Shown piece after piece: positions 53,359 to 61,939 of a DNA stretch of 64,000 bases. The DNA lies in contig OY969800.1 of NCBI GenBank assembly GCA_963703215.1, forward strand, positions 3,522,581 through 3,586,580, written 5' to 3'. A program made the translations under genes and the position numbers. Numbering within the stretch: the first letter of the stretch is position 1; the number at the start of each line of letters is the position of its first letter. The notes beneath the pieces were generated by a model. That model saw nothing but the letters and a program-made list of their open reading frames with translations. It was not told the DNA's origin and searched no databases. Origin of the DNA: an uncultured Bacteroidota bacterium. GTDB taxonomy: Bacteria > Bacteroidota > Ignavibacteria > Kryptoniales > JAKASW01.

Positions 53359-53829
53359 CTACCAGCTGTCCTGCTTGTTTTCTTTTACGAATGAATATAG
53401 GTCTGTTATTAAGTTCGAGAGATTGGCTTTCACTTGATTCAGTTCTCCTTCCGTTTCCATCGGTCCGCGAGAGCCGTTATCATATAAACGCACAATTTGA
53501 TCGCAAGTGACTCTAAGCTTCCCGTCTTTGGTTTCGATGGTGATAAGATATTCAGCAGGAATTTTCACCCATGCGCGAGTGAACTCACTAACACCTCTTC
53601 CGATAATTTTGCCATTTTCAGGATCTCGCAATTGGATAACATCTTTTGATGACACGTACGTCTTCGACATCCATTCGTTGGCTTTATCATATATTTGCTT
53701 TTGGCTTAAACCAGGGAGATCAAAGATTTTTTGTACTTGGCGTTGTTCTTGTGGAAGATTCTCTGTGGTAGCACAGGAAGCAAGAAGAACGCATAAAGTT
53801 ATTAACGAAGAGATTTTGTAAAGTCTCAT
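53359..53829 (-). CDS. Cassette gene: DUF4468-like lipoprotein
   Basis: Start MRLYK after AGGAG; LASC; IY.KA.EW...Y.S.K.VIQ..D.E.G.IIG.G, I..KDGK.R. Confidence 0.75.
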   Translation of the reverse strand: MRLYKISSLITLCVLLASCATTENLPQEQRQVQKIFDLPGLSQKQIYDKANEWMSKTYVSSKDVIQLRDPENGKIIGRGVSEFTRAWVKIPAEYLITIETKDGKLRVTCDQIVRLYDNGSRGPMETEGELNQVKANLSNLITDLYSFVKENKQDSW

Positions 53830-53878
53830 ACTTATTCTCCTTTTTTGATTTGTGAAATAATATTGATTCAACTAATAC

Positions 53879-54508
53879 TTATTCCTTCTTAATAAGTTTA
53901 GCAATTTCTTCCAGGTGTTTTGATATTTCGTTCAGTTGAGTCTCAGTGCTTTTGGTTAATACCATATCTTCGAAGATGACAGAATTCATATCGATGGTAT
54001 ATGAATGTCGATATATTTCGTTATTTGAATCAGCGTATGAGTAACTAACAGTGAAAACTCTGTTTTCAGGATTAACCCTGTTGGCGTGAAGAGTTGTGCT
54101 GACCAAATTCTTGACTTCATAATTAGGAGGAAGGAAAGATTGGTTCAAAAGCGGATCGGCCATTCCCTTAAAGCGTCCATCCTTACTCAATTCTTCGAGA
54201 GATGGCGAAATATTTATTTCCACATTATACGCTGGGCGACTACCGACATTTTTAACCGAAAACCAAATAGCACTTGAATCAACTGGTAAACTGACAACTA
54301 CATAGGGCCTTGATTGCTCCTGCATGGTTTTTTGAGATGAGCGAAGAATGAAGAATGTCAGGATAACATATGCAGCGGTCAATATTGCCAGTAACGGATT
54401 AGAAACGCTGGATATAATTTTGATGACGGCAGAATCTGGGAAGACAAATAAGAGGATTACTCCTAATGCAAAGAGTACGAAAACAAAATATGGTGCCTTA
54501 TTTTTCAT
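53879..54508 (-). CDS. Cassette gene: N-terminally membrane-anchored hypothetical protein
   Basis: Two N-terminal TMs, QSRPYVVV, KNVGSRPAYNV. Confidence 0.7.
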   Translation of the reverse strand: MKNKAPYFVFVLFALGVILLFVFPDSAVIKIISSVSNPLLAILTAAYVILTFFILRSSQKTMQEQSRPYVVVSLPVDSSAIWFSVKNVGSRPAYNVEINISPSLEELSKDGRFKGMADPLLNQSFLPPNYEVKNLVSTTLHANRVNPENRVFTVSYSYADSNNEIYRHSYTIDMNSVIFEDMVLTKSTETQLNEISKHLEEIAKLIKKE

Positions 54509-54613
54509 TGCTAAGTCAGGGACTTAATTTTCCTTTTTTGGACAGAAAACTCTTATCGGCAAAAATCATTGCTTCTTCAAATAAACATATTGCCATATCA
54601 GAACTTTGCTTGC

Positions 54614-54729
54614 GCATAACGTTTGCGAGAAAAGAGTCGCGGCGCACTCCTGGCAGCCTATAATGTGTGCGCCGTGAAGCGAGCACCATCATATATAATA
54701 ATCGAGCGTCTCTTTTCTCGTTGTTATCT
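54614..54729 (-). repeat. attC-like site 13
   Basis: GCATAAC GTTTG CGAGAAAAGAG...CTCTTTTCTCG TT GTTATCT. Confidence 0.9.
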
Positions 54730-54771
54730 GTTCGTTGGCTTGCGTGAAGCGTTGGTAGCCTGGTAAGCATA

Positions 54772-55278
54772 TCAGCCATTCACCAGAAATGCTAGATTTA
54801 AATTTACATTTACTTTCTTGTTGTTCTCGTGCACCGTCGCATGAACTCTATACACCCCCAGCGGGTCATTGTGCTCAAGGGCAATGTCGATCTTAGACCA
54901 CGAAAGTTCCATCACAGGCGCGGGCTCGTCCTTCCAGATCGTGAGCCCATCAAAGTGAGCATACATAGACCCATCGGGTTTGGTCACGGTCAGATCGCAT
55001 GTTAAGTTAGCGTTGCCCTTGTCATCCTTACCGTCCGTGGCAAAAATTATAATCGGGAGCGCAGTCTGCCCGCGTTTGAATGTGTCTTGAGTACTGATGT
55101 GGGGAGTCTCGGGCAATGCCCACTTCTGATAAAAGGTCGTGTCGTCAGTCAGCAAGAAAATCACAGAAAAGCCATCCTTATTGTATTCGTCCTTCTGAAT
55201 CAAGGAATCAGGAGGCGCGGCAAACACTTTTCCAAAGCCGCAGACAAACATTAAGAAAAATAGAGAAGCTTTGTTCAT
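54772..55278 (-). CDS. Cassette gene: secreted hypothetical protein
   Basis: Signal peptide ending VFA; Ig-like C-terminus (DPLGVYRV). Confidence 0.75.
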   Translation of the reverse strand: MNKASLFFLMFVCGFGKVFAAPPDSLIQKDEYNKDGFSVIFLLTDDTTFYQKWALPETPHISTQDTFKRGQTALPIIIFATDGKDDKGNANLTCDLTVTKPDGSMYAHFDGLTIWKDEPAPVMELSWSKIDIALEHNDPLGVYRVHATVHENNKKVNVNLNLAFLVNG

Positions 55279-55353
55279 CCTTCAACCTTTCTTTATCGAT
55301 AATATTTCATGGTAGCATACTCATGTCATCAGAGCGGCTCGCAAGCCAATGAC

Positions 55354-55488
55354 AGATAACGTCCTGCAAGAAAAAGTCGTTGCTCTCGCCCGCCACAAAT
55401 GTTGCGAAGCATCCAGACAACGGGCGAGAGCAATGAAGCGACCACCTTGCATATATAATGTGGAGCATCTTTTTCTTGCTTGTTAAGC
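55354..55488 (-). repeat. attC-like site 14
   Basis: AGATAAC GTCCT GCAAGAAAAAG...CTTTTTCTTGC TT GTTAAGC. Confidence 0.9.
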
Positions 55489-55545
55489 GCAGTTGTTTTG
55501 CATCTTAAAGTTGACCACTTCTGCGAACGAGGACTTGCTCGCCTT

Positions 55546-56160
55546 TTAGAACCACCGCTTCCTTTTTTTGTAAACCACATCGTCGCCCTTACCATGGTCG
55601 TCCTTCAAGTCTTTTCCAACACTGTAAAGCAAAAACGAATCAGGTGCAACAGGTCTATAAATTATTGTGAGTTCTGGTATTCCCACTCCTACATATGTAT
55701 GGACTGGAGAGTGTTGGTCAAAATCGTTCATAGTGAAATCACCAACAGAATTAGAATCTCCAATCTTCATGGGTTTCACCCACCCAACATCACCACGATT
55801 CTTCACAAATAGAGTGTCCCTCGTCCTGTTAATCGAATCAGCGTAAATGTAAACGTCTTCGATGTGAACGTATTTCCTGATAGAATCAATAAAATATTTT
55901 CCACTAATTTGAGGGTAGTGGCCATAATCGGAGTGGTATTTATGTAACCCTGTCGCTGTTGAATCTAGAAGTTCGGAGATGATTTTCGCATCCAGTTCAT
56001 TATACAAATCGGGACCATGAATGAAACTCAGTTGCATTTGCCTGAGTTGCCAATATGCAAATGAAATGAGCAAACCGACAATAGTAATGCCAAGAACAAT
56101 TTGCAACCACCGTTTCTGTTTGATAACGCGTGGAATGAATCGCTCAGGGATTGGAATCAT
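55546..56160 (-). CDS. Putative immunity protein 1: single TM + GspG-pseudopilin-like domain
   Basis: Overlaps the toxin stop by 17 nt; YHSDYGHYP and FLLYSVGKD..DD.GKGDDV motifs. Confidence 0.6.
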   Translation of the reverse strand: MIPIPERFIPRVIKQKRWLQIVLGITIVGLLISFAYWQLRQMQLSFIHGPDLYNELDAKIISELLDSTATGLHKYHSDYGHYPQISGKYFIDSIRKYVHIEDVYIYADSINRTRDTLFVKNRGDVGWVKPMKIGDSNSVGDFTMNDFDQHSPVHTYVGVGIPELTIIYRPVAPDSFLLYSVGKDLKDDHGKGDDVVYKKRKRWF

Positions 56161-56899
56161 TTCCTGACTCTGGTATTAGTGGTACAGTATTTATTGGGAC
56201 ACCCACAGGATTTATAATCCCTTCATTCATTAGCAATCCAACCGCTTGGTAAATAATCTCGCCAGCTATTGAGGAACCACTCAACGAAATTGTCCTCTCT
56301 GAATTTGTGACGTAGCCAGAATTTTGAAGAGCATTAGAGAGCTGCTCTGGTGACACCGCTCCATTTGGTTGATTGAAAGGAATTCCGCCAGCCTTCAACG
56401 CGTTCATTGTGGTTGTTACGCATGAATTAGTTTCCGCGTTATAAGTGCCATCCTGTCGGCTATCGAGAACTTTCTGAACTTTTGTTTCGTCAACATTAAC
56501 CGTTTGCTCTATGACAGACCGAACCTGCTTTTCATTTGCAACATACTTATCATATGAAACCAAGTGCCATTTCCCGTCACCCTCAAAGGAATACACTTTC
56601 CCATCTCTCCTGATAGCCGTATGGCCAGCAAGACTGTTAGCAGTAGGACTACCATTAGTTGTGTTCTGAATCGTAGGGCCAGAAGTAATCACCGATGTGG
56701 TATCACCGTTAGGGTCAATAAACCTTATCGGATTATCCATCCCATAGTTGTATGGCGACAATCCTGGATACTTTCGTTGCATCGGGTCAGGTGTCGTCCA
56801 CCTCGCGCACCATGAATCAAAATATCTGTGCGCGTAGGTCGGTTGAACAAATGTGAATGCCAAAAGAAGGAGTGGGAAAAAGTTTCTAATCTTTTTCAT
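56144..56899 (-). CDS. Signal-peptide mini-RHS toxin 1 with permuted papain-like C-terminal domain
   Basis: Sec signal, then RYFDSWCARWTTPDP...SPYNYGMDNPIRFIDPNG (RHS core), then GHTAI...YNAETNSC. Confidence 0.8.
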   Translation of the reverse strand: MKKIRNFFPLLLLAFTFVQPTYAHRYFDSWCARWTTPDPMQRKYPGLSPYNYGMDNPIRFIDPNGDTTSVITSGPTIQNTTNGSPTANSLAGHTAIRRDGKVYSFEGDGKWHLVSYDKYVANEKQVRSVIEQTVNVDETKVQKVLDSRQDGTYNAETNSCVTTTMNALKAGGIPFNQPNGAVSPEQLSNALQNSGYVTNSERTISLSGSSIAGEIIYQAVGLLMNEGIINPVGVPINTVPLIPESGNDSNP

Positions 56900-56919
56900 G
56901 AGAATGCCCTTTCTGCGAT

Positions 56920-58236
56920 TTAGTATTGTCCAGTTAGTTTAAACTTCTCGATTGATTCTGCCTGCTTGATGAAAAACTTCTCAGGGAACTTCAGCACGAT
57001 TCCTAATTGCTTGGCTTTCGTCTTCAATTTATGGCCAAGGTCTATGAGTTCCAATATCTGCTTCCCGTAGCTGTCATTTATGTATGCAATCTCTCCCATC
57101 ATCTCAGCCTCATCATTCTGACGCTGAACGTTTGGATTTTGGTTTACTGGAAACTGGTTGTAAGGATTATTTGGCTTCTCAAACGGATTCGGAGCTTGAG
57201 GACTCATATTTCTTGTAAATTGATCGAACATCGTGGTTATTGGTTGACGAGGTTGTGTTGGGTCGGAGGTCCCTTGTTGAATAAACTGGTCGGGGTGTAT
57301 TATTTGCATTGGCTCTGGAGTAGGATTCACTTCCATTTGTGATGATGGTTGTCGCGTTGGATACGTGTCGACAATGTAGCTTCGCCTTACGTCCTGAATC
57401 CTTTCGTACCTTGTGCTGTCAAGCTCTATCGCCTTTCTTCTGCAAAGCTCACCAAGGTTCCACCATGCGCTTGAGTTGGTAGAATCGTAGGAAAGCGAAA
57501 GCCGTGTGTAGTAAATAGCTTTATCCAAATCCTTTCTCTTTTCTAAAAAGTATCTTGCGTTCACTCCGAGAAGCGAGGCGACGTATTCTTTATTTGTGAG
57601 AACTCTTTCATAAACTCCATTCTTGATGGCTCTCTTTGGTTCACCAGCATCGGTGGCGTACCTCCATGTGGGAATATATCCACCGCCACATGTTGCCTCA
57701 ACGTTGTTTAGCTTGAATCCTTTCTGCATGTAACGGCAGTAGAAATGCTTTGCGCTTCTAACAGGCTTAATGGGCCAACCGAGTCGTTGCGCCAAGACAA
57801 GATGGAGCATCGACATCGTGACACATGAGCCGAGTTTCGTTGCGATGTAGCCGTTTAAGAATTGGTCACTGGTACTATCACCTTCAAGGTCATTGAGGTT
57901 ATAAGTGAAGGTAATTGAATCGTTCCACCGCCCAGGCCTGTAAAGATAGGTATTCATCAAGCCAATGCGGAAAACTGGGTCGGCTTTGCCTTGGTCAAGG
58001 TAACGAATCTGGTCAGCCATGTAGTTAATGACGTAATCAAAGGACTCGACTTTTAGATTTGGATATGCATCTTTTGCAAGAGCGAGGCAAGCAATCCCAA
58101 GGTTTATGCTGTCATCGGGCATAGCGAGGATCTGTTCAATCGTCTGCCCTGTGTACTTCGATTGTGGTTTCGTCGTGTCAGGAATCAAGAAACAGAGAAT
58201 AACCACTGCCGATAATAAGATTTCAAGTCGCTTCAT
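56920..58236 (-). CDS. Secreted SirB1/transglutaminase-like protein with TPR and Pro/Gln-rich region, copy 1
   Basis: FLNGYIATKLGSCVTMSMLHLVLAQRLGWPI...AKHFYCRY...NVEAT; TPR (KAIYY...AWWNLG). Confidence 0.75.
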   Translation of the reverse strand: MKRLEILLSAVVILCFLIPDTTKPQSKYTGQTIEQILAMPDDSINLGIACLALAKDAYPNLKVESFDYVINYMADQIRYLDQGKADPVFRIGLMNTYLYRPGRWNDSITFTYNLNDLEGDSTSDQFLNGYIATKLGSCVTMSMLHLVLAQRLGWPIKPVRSAKHFYCRYMQKGFKLNNVEATCGGGYIPTWRYATDAGEPKRAIKNGVYERVLTNKEYVASLLGVNARYFLEKRKDLDKAIYYTRLSLSYDSTNSSAWWNLGELCRRKAIELDSTRYERIQDVRRSYIVDTYPTRQPSSQMEVNPTPEPMQIIHPDQFIQQGTSDPTQPRQPITTMFDQFTRNMSPQAPNPFEKPNNPYNQFPVNQNPNVQRQNDEAEMMGEIAYINDSYGKQILELIDLGHKLKTKAKQLGIVLKFPEKFFIKQAESIEKFKLTGQY

Positions 58237-58245
58237 GCTCGCCTC

Positions 58246-58274
58246 ACTTTACTGATGATTTCATGTTTACGCAA
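58246..58274 (-). promoter_or_regulatory. Candidate cassette-internal promoter
   Basis: Minus strand TTGCGT-N17-TAAAGT, conserved in the next cassette. Confidence 0.4.
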
Positions 58275-58308
58275 TACCCCGTTTGAGGTATTTTCGCAAA
58301 ACAATTGC

Positions 58309-58445
58309 GCTTAACGTCCACCGCAAAAAAGTCGTCCCGATTGCCGCACATAAATATTTGCGCAGCATCCATGATACGCGGCAATCGGGATGAAGCGAAT
58401 TCAATATATGTTCCATAATGAGCGTCTTTTTTGCGGTTGTTAGCT
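58309..58445 (-). repeat. attC-like site 15
   Basis: GCTTAAC GTCCA CCGCAAAAAAG...CTTTTTTGCGG TT GTTAGCT. Confidence 0.9.
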
Positions 58446-58511
58446 GCTGTTGGTTTGCGCTTCGTTAGCCTCCTGATATGCCATGGTCAATCACCTTACT
58501 CTATAATTGGC

Positions 58512-59129
58512 CTATTCTTTCAAAAATCTTTCTTTTTCCGTCTGAAAAAATTTAACCTCTCGAAACCTCCCTGTGATGCTGGTCTCGTAAAGTACCTCAG
58601 AATGTTTTAGAGACTCATTTATCGGACTGATATTATTAATTGCGCAATCCATTTGTTCAATAGCTTTGGATAAGCTTCCAAACTTCTTGTAGGCACCAGC
58701 TAATACATATCTATTAAGAACCCAATCTGGAGATGAAAAAACAGATTGTTCGAGCAAATCAATCTGTTCCATGAGATTTATTTTCTCTAAATCATCAAGG
58801 GTTTCGGCTAGTAACATAAAAACTGCGCCTTTTTGTTTGGAAACATTATTCAATATCATGGATCGCAACAATTTCTCAGCTTGCAGAAGTGAACTTTTAT
58901 CCATTGAATAATGAATGTGACAGAAACAGAGCCAAAGTTTGGCAATTTCATATTCTGGATTCAACGCAAGGATTCTATTCAATAGAGCAATTGCTTTATC
59001 TTCTTTATGAAATGGCTCGATGTAGAAACTTGATAACTCAAGCATATTACTGACATCACCTTTGTCTGTCGAGGTTTTACGCTCAAGGGCTACCAGTTTT
59101 TCTATGTCTTCTTTTGTTTCGTGTCCCAT
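58512..59129 (-). CDS. Putative immunity protein 2 (TPR-like, cytoplasmic)
   Basis: Immediately downstream of toxin 2; AT-rich; helical TPR-like repeats; no signal peptide. Confidence 0.6.
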   Translation of the reverse strand: MGHETKEDIEKLVALERKTSTDKGDVSNMLELSSFYIEPFHKEDKAIALLNRILALNPEYEIAKLWLCFCHIHYSMDKSSLLQAEKLLRSMILNNVSKQKGAVFMLLAETLDDLEKINLMEQIDLLEQSVFSSPDWVLNRYVLAGAYKKFGSLSKAIEQMDCAINNISPINESLKHSEVLYETSITGRFREVKFFQTEKERFLKE

Positions 59130-59142
59130 GATTTAAAGGTTA

Positions 59143-59893
59143 TTATTGGTTTGGTACGAAAACAGTTCCCAGCTTTACGGTTCGGTCACTGTCAATAAAA
59201 CCTCGTATGGCGACAGTTGTTCCATCAATGTCTTTTGTTACTGCAAAAGTCCCAGGTGAAGGATTGTCCTCTTGGACAGACTCTTATCACGGACTCTAAG
59301 AAATTTTCGTTTCCGCCGAGCCTTTCTATCAGGGGTTGAAGCATATGTTCGTCCTGCAGTATGTGGGCAAGCTTAGCCTCCTTCATAGCATATTCAAGTG
59401 ATTTTGCTAAAACTTCTTCCTCACCAGCTGGCCCGCCAGGGATATTTACGATTCCCATCGTGAGAGTCGGTCTCGGTGCGAACCATCTCGCTCCGTTTGC
59501 GGTCGGTACGATTTCACGGTTAGGCTGCATATGGTGGAAATGCCCCATGAACGGATCAATCACGGTGTATTGAGCAAGAGTTAAAATTGTGAAATTTCCA
59601 GAAACATAATTAGAGTTTTGCTGTCCCCAAACAATCATATCTGGCGAGTTATCAATAGGAACTAAATTGTGGTTTTGGTCGTAAGCATATGTCGTATCTC
59701 CGCTTGGGTCGATATTTCTTAATGGGTTACAGAGTCCGTAGTTGTACGGAGACCATGCTGGGTACAGCATTAGATATGGGTCAGGGGTGCACCATTGCGC
59801 ACGCCATGAATCAAAATATCTATGAGCGTAGCTCGGTTGAACAAACGTAAATGCCAAAAGAAGAAGTGAGAAAAAGTAAGTAGTCTTTTTCAT
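59143..59893 (-). CDS. Signal-peptide mini-RHS toxin 2 (apparent +1 frameshift about 59281)
   Basis: Sec signal + RHS core ...NPLRNIDPSG; repaired C-terminus KLAHILQDEHMLQPL...SVQEDNPSPGTFAVTKDIDGTTVAIRGFIDSDRTVKLGTVFVPNQ*. Confidence 0.75.
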
Positions 59894-61177
59894 CGGAATG
59901 CCCTTTCAGTTAGTCAGTATTGTCCTGTTCGTTTGAACTTCTCAATTGATGCTGCTTGCTTGATGAAAAACTCTTTGGGAAACTTCAGCACGATTCCAAG
60001 TTCCTTAGCTTTTGCTTTTAATTTATGTCCAAGGTCTATGAGTTCCAATATTTGCTTTCCGTAGCTGTCGTTTATGTACGCAATCTCTCCCATCATCTCT
60101 GCTTCATCATTCTGCCTTTGAATGTTTGGATTCTGATTAATAGGGAACTGATTGTATGGATTGTTTGGCTTCTCAAGCAGTGATGGAGGTTGCGGAGCTA
60201 TGTTCCTCGTGAACTGGTCGAACATGTCTGTTACTGGAATTCTTGGTTGCGTCGGATCAGGAGGCACCTGTTGGATGAATTGGTCTGGATGTATTATCTG
60301 TGTTGGCTGAGGATTCGGATTCACCTGAACTTGTGGTGATGGCTGTCGCATAAGATAATCGTCAGTTGCGTAGTTCCGCTTCACGTCTTGTATTCTCTCA
60401 TATCTGATACTATCAAGCTCTATCGCTTTCTTCCTACAAAGCTCGCCGAGGTTCCACCACGCACTTGAGTTGGTGGAGTCGTAGGAGAGGGAAAGCCGTG
60501 TGTAGTAAATGGCTCTGTCCAATTCTTTCTTTTTCTCTGCGAAGTACCTTGCATTCACTTCGAGAAGCCCTGCAATGTATTCTTTGTTCGTGAGAACTCT
60601 CTCATAAACTCCATTCTTGATAGCCTTCTTCGGCTCTCCTGCATCGCGCGCGTAACGCCATGTCGGTATCCATCCCCCACCGCAGGTCGCTTCGATATTA
60701 TCGTACTTGAGACCTTTCTTGATGTAACGACAATAGAAATGCTTAGCACTTCTGACAGGTCTGATGGGCCAGCCGAGCCTCTGCACCAAGGCAAGGTGGA
60801 GCATCGACATCGTAATACAAGAACCATGCTTCGTTGCGATATATCCGTTCAGAAATTGGTCGTTGGTGCTGTCGGCGTCGAGGTCATCAAGATTATAAGT
60901 GAATGTGATGGCATCGTTCCACCATCCAGGCCGATATAGGTAGGTATTCATCATGCTAATCCGAACCGTGGGGTCGGTTTTCCCTTCGCAAAGCGGTCGA
61001 ATGTGGTCAGCCATATAGTTGAGACTGTAATCGAAGAAATTTATGTTGAGATTCGGATACGCATCCTTTGCAAGAACGAGACAAGCTATTCCAATATTGA
61101 TGCTGTCCTCTGGCATGGCAAGAATTTGCTCAATGGTTTGTCCTGTGTATTTCGATTGTGGCACGGACTCGTTGGGA
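59429..61177. repeat. Long direct repeat, copy A (pairs with 62252-64000, offset 2823)
   Basis: High identity over the SirB1-like gene and the toxin N-terminal half; ends abruptly at the IPGGP codons. Confidence 0.9.
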
Positions 61178-61230
61178 TTAAAGAAGGACACCACTACAAG
61201 AACCGAAAGCAGGGTATTTAAATGTTTCAT
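59914..61230 (-). CDS. Secreted SirB1/transglutaminase-like protein, copy 2
   Basis: 438 aa; GSCITMS, AKHFY, NIEAT conserved. Confidence 0.75.
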   Translation of the reverse strand: MKHLNTLLSVLVVVSFFNPNESVPQSKYTGQTIEQILAMPEDSINIGIACLVLAKDAYPNLNINFFDYSLNYMADHIRPLCEGKTDPTVRISMMNTYLYRPGWWNDAITFTYNLDDLDADSTNDQFLNGYIATKHGSCITMSMLHLALVQRLGWPIRPVRSAKHFYCRYIKKGLKYDNIEATCGGGWIPTWRYARDAGEPKKAIKNGVYERVLTNKEYIAGLLEVNARYFAEKKKELDRAIYYTRLSLSYDSTNSSAWWNLGELCRKKAIELDSIRYERIQDVKRNYATDDYLMRQPSPQVQVNPNPQPTQIIHPDQFIQQVPPDPTQPRIPVTDMFDQFTRNIAPQPPSLLEKPNNPYNQFPINQNPNIQRQNDEAEMMGEIAYINDSYGKQILELIDLGHKLKAKAKELGIVLKFPKEFFIKQAASIEKFKRTGQY

Positions 61231-61239
61231 GCTCGCCTC

Positions 61240-61268
61240 ACTTTACTGATGATTTCACGTTGACGCAA
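61240..61268 (-). promoter_or_regulatory. Candidate cassette-internal promoter
   Basis: Minus strand TTGCGT-N17-TAAAGT. Confidence 0.4.
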
Positions 61269-61304
61269 TACCTCAATTGGGGTATTTTCGCGCAAACTAA
61301 TTGC

Positions 61305-61441
61305 AGATAACGTCCACCGCAAAAAAGTCGTCACGATTGCCGCATATAAATATTTATGTAGCATCCATGGCACGCAGCAATCGGGATGAAGCGAGTTCCA
61401 TCATATAGAATAACTGAGCGTCTTTTTTGCGGTTGTTAGCT
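61305..61441 (-). repeat. attC-like site 16
   Basis: AGATAAC GTCCA CCGCAAAAAAG...CTTTTTTGCGG TT GTTAGCT. Confidence 0.9.
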
Positions 61442-61481
61442 GCTGTTGGTTTGCGCTTCGTTATTTTGCTGAGTGCCCAAT

Positions 61482-61922
61482 CTATTTTCCGATAGCCACC
61501 GCTTTCAGCCCCTTCCTTATTTCTAATTCCGAAAATACCACGTCTATCCTCCTCATGTTGCCTCGCTCCCAAAGTATCGCAATATGTTGAAACTCTTTTG
61601 GCAATTCTTCATAAGGCTTAAGCATGGTGGAATGTTCTTCCAGTCTAATTGCCGCAACTTCATTGATTCCCCAATTTATTCGATAAGGGTCAAGAACCAT
61701 GGATTCATTAAGGGCATTAGTCAAATGGAATTCTTGAACCAACTTGAAGGACATAACTATCGGTTCCTTCTCGTTCAGGTTCTCTCTTATCTTCCCCTGT
61801 TTGTTCCAAGAGTAATCAAAGGTTAGCTCAATTGTTGTACCATAATGTAACCACTTTATATCTAGTAGAACGCACTCTTGGAAGTTCCGATAGCTTGCAA
61901 GCAAACTCTTTATGTGTTCCAT
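61482..61922 (-). CDS. Putative immunity protein 3 (cytoplasmic)
   Basis: GGAGG RBS, 17 bp after the toxin 3 stop, no signal peptide. Confidence 0.6.
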   Translation of the reverse strand: MEHIKSLLASYRNFQECVLLDIKWLHYGTTIELTFDYSWNKQGKIRENLNEKEPIVMSFKLVQEFHLTNALNESMVLDPYRINWGINEVAAIRLEEHSTMLKPYEELPKEFQHIAILWERGNMRRIDVVFSELEIRKGLKAVAIGK

Positions 61923-61939
61923 TTTTCCTCCGCACTTAG

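Noticed and set aside
41017-61441. Regularly recurring repeats read as a CRISPR array
   Set aside because: Repeats are 113-138 bp, variable and separated by whole genes; no cas genes; ends match cassette recombination sites
40853-61572. Short similar ORFs (e.g. 40853-41107, 43556-43759, 44160-44360, 53105-53290, 54516-54779, 55329-55595, 61354-61572) as a peptide family
   Set aside because: They are translations of the attC repeats (NNRKKDA..., ASSR...), with no consistent starts or frames
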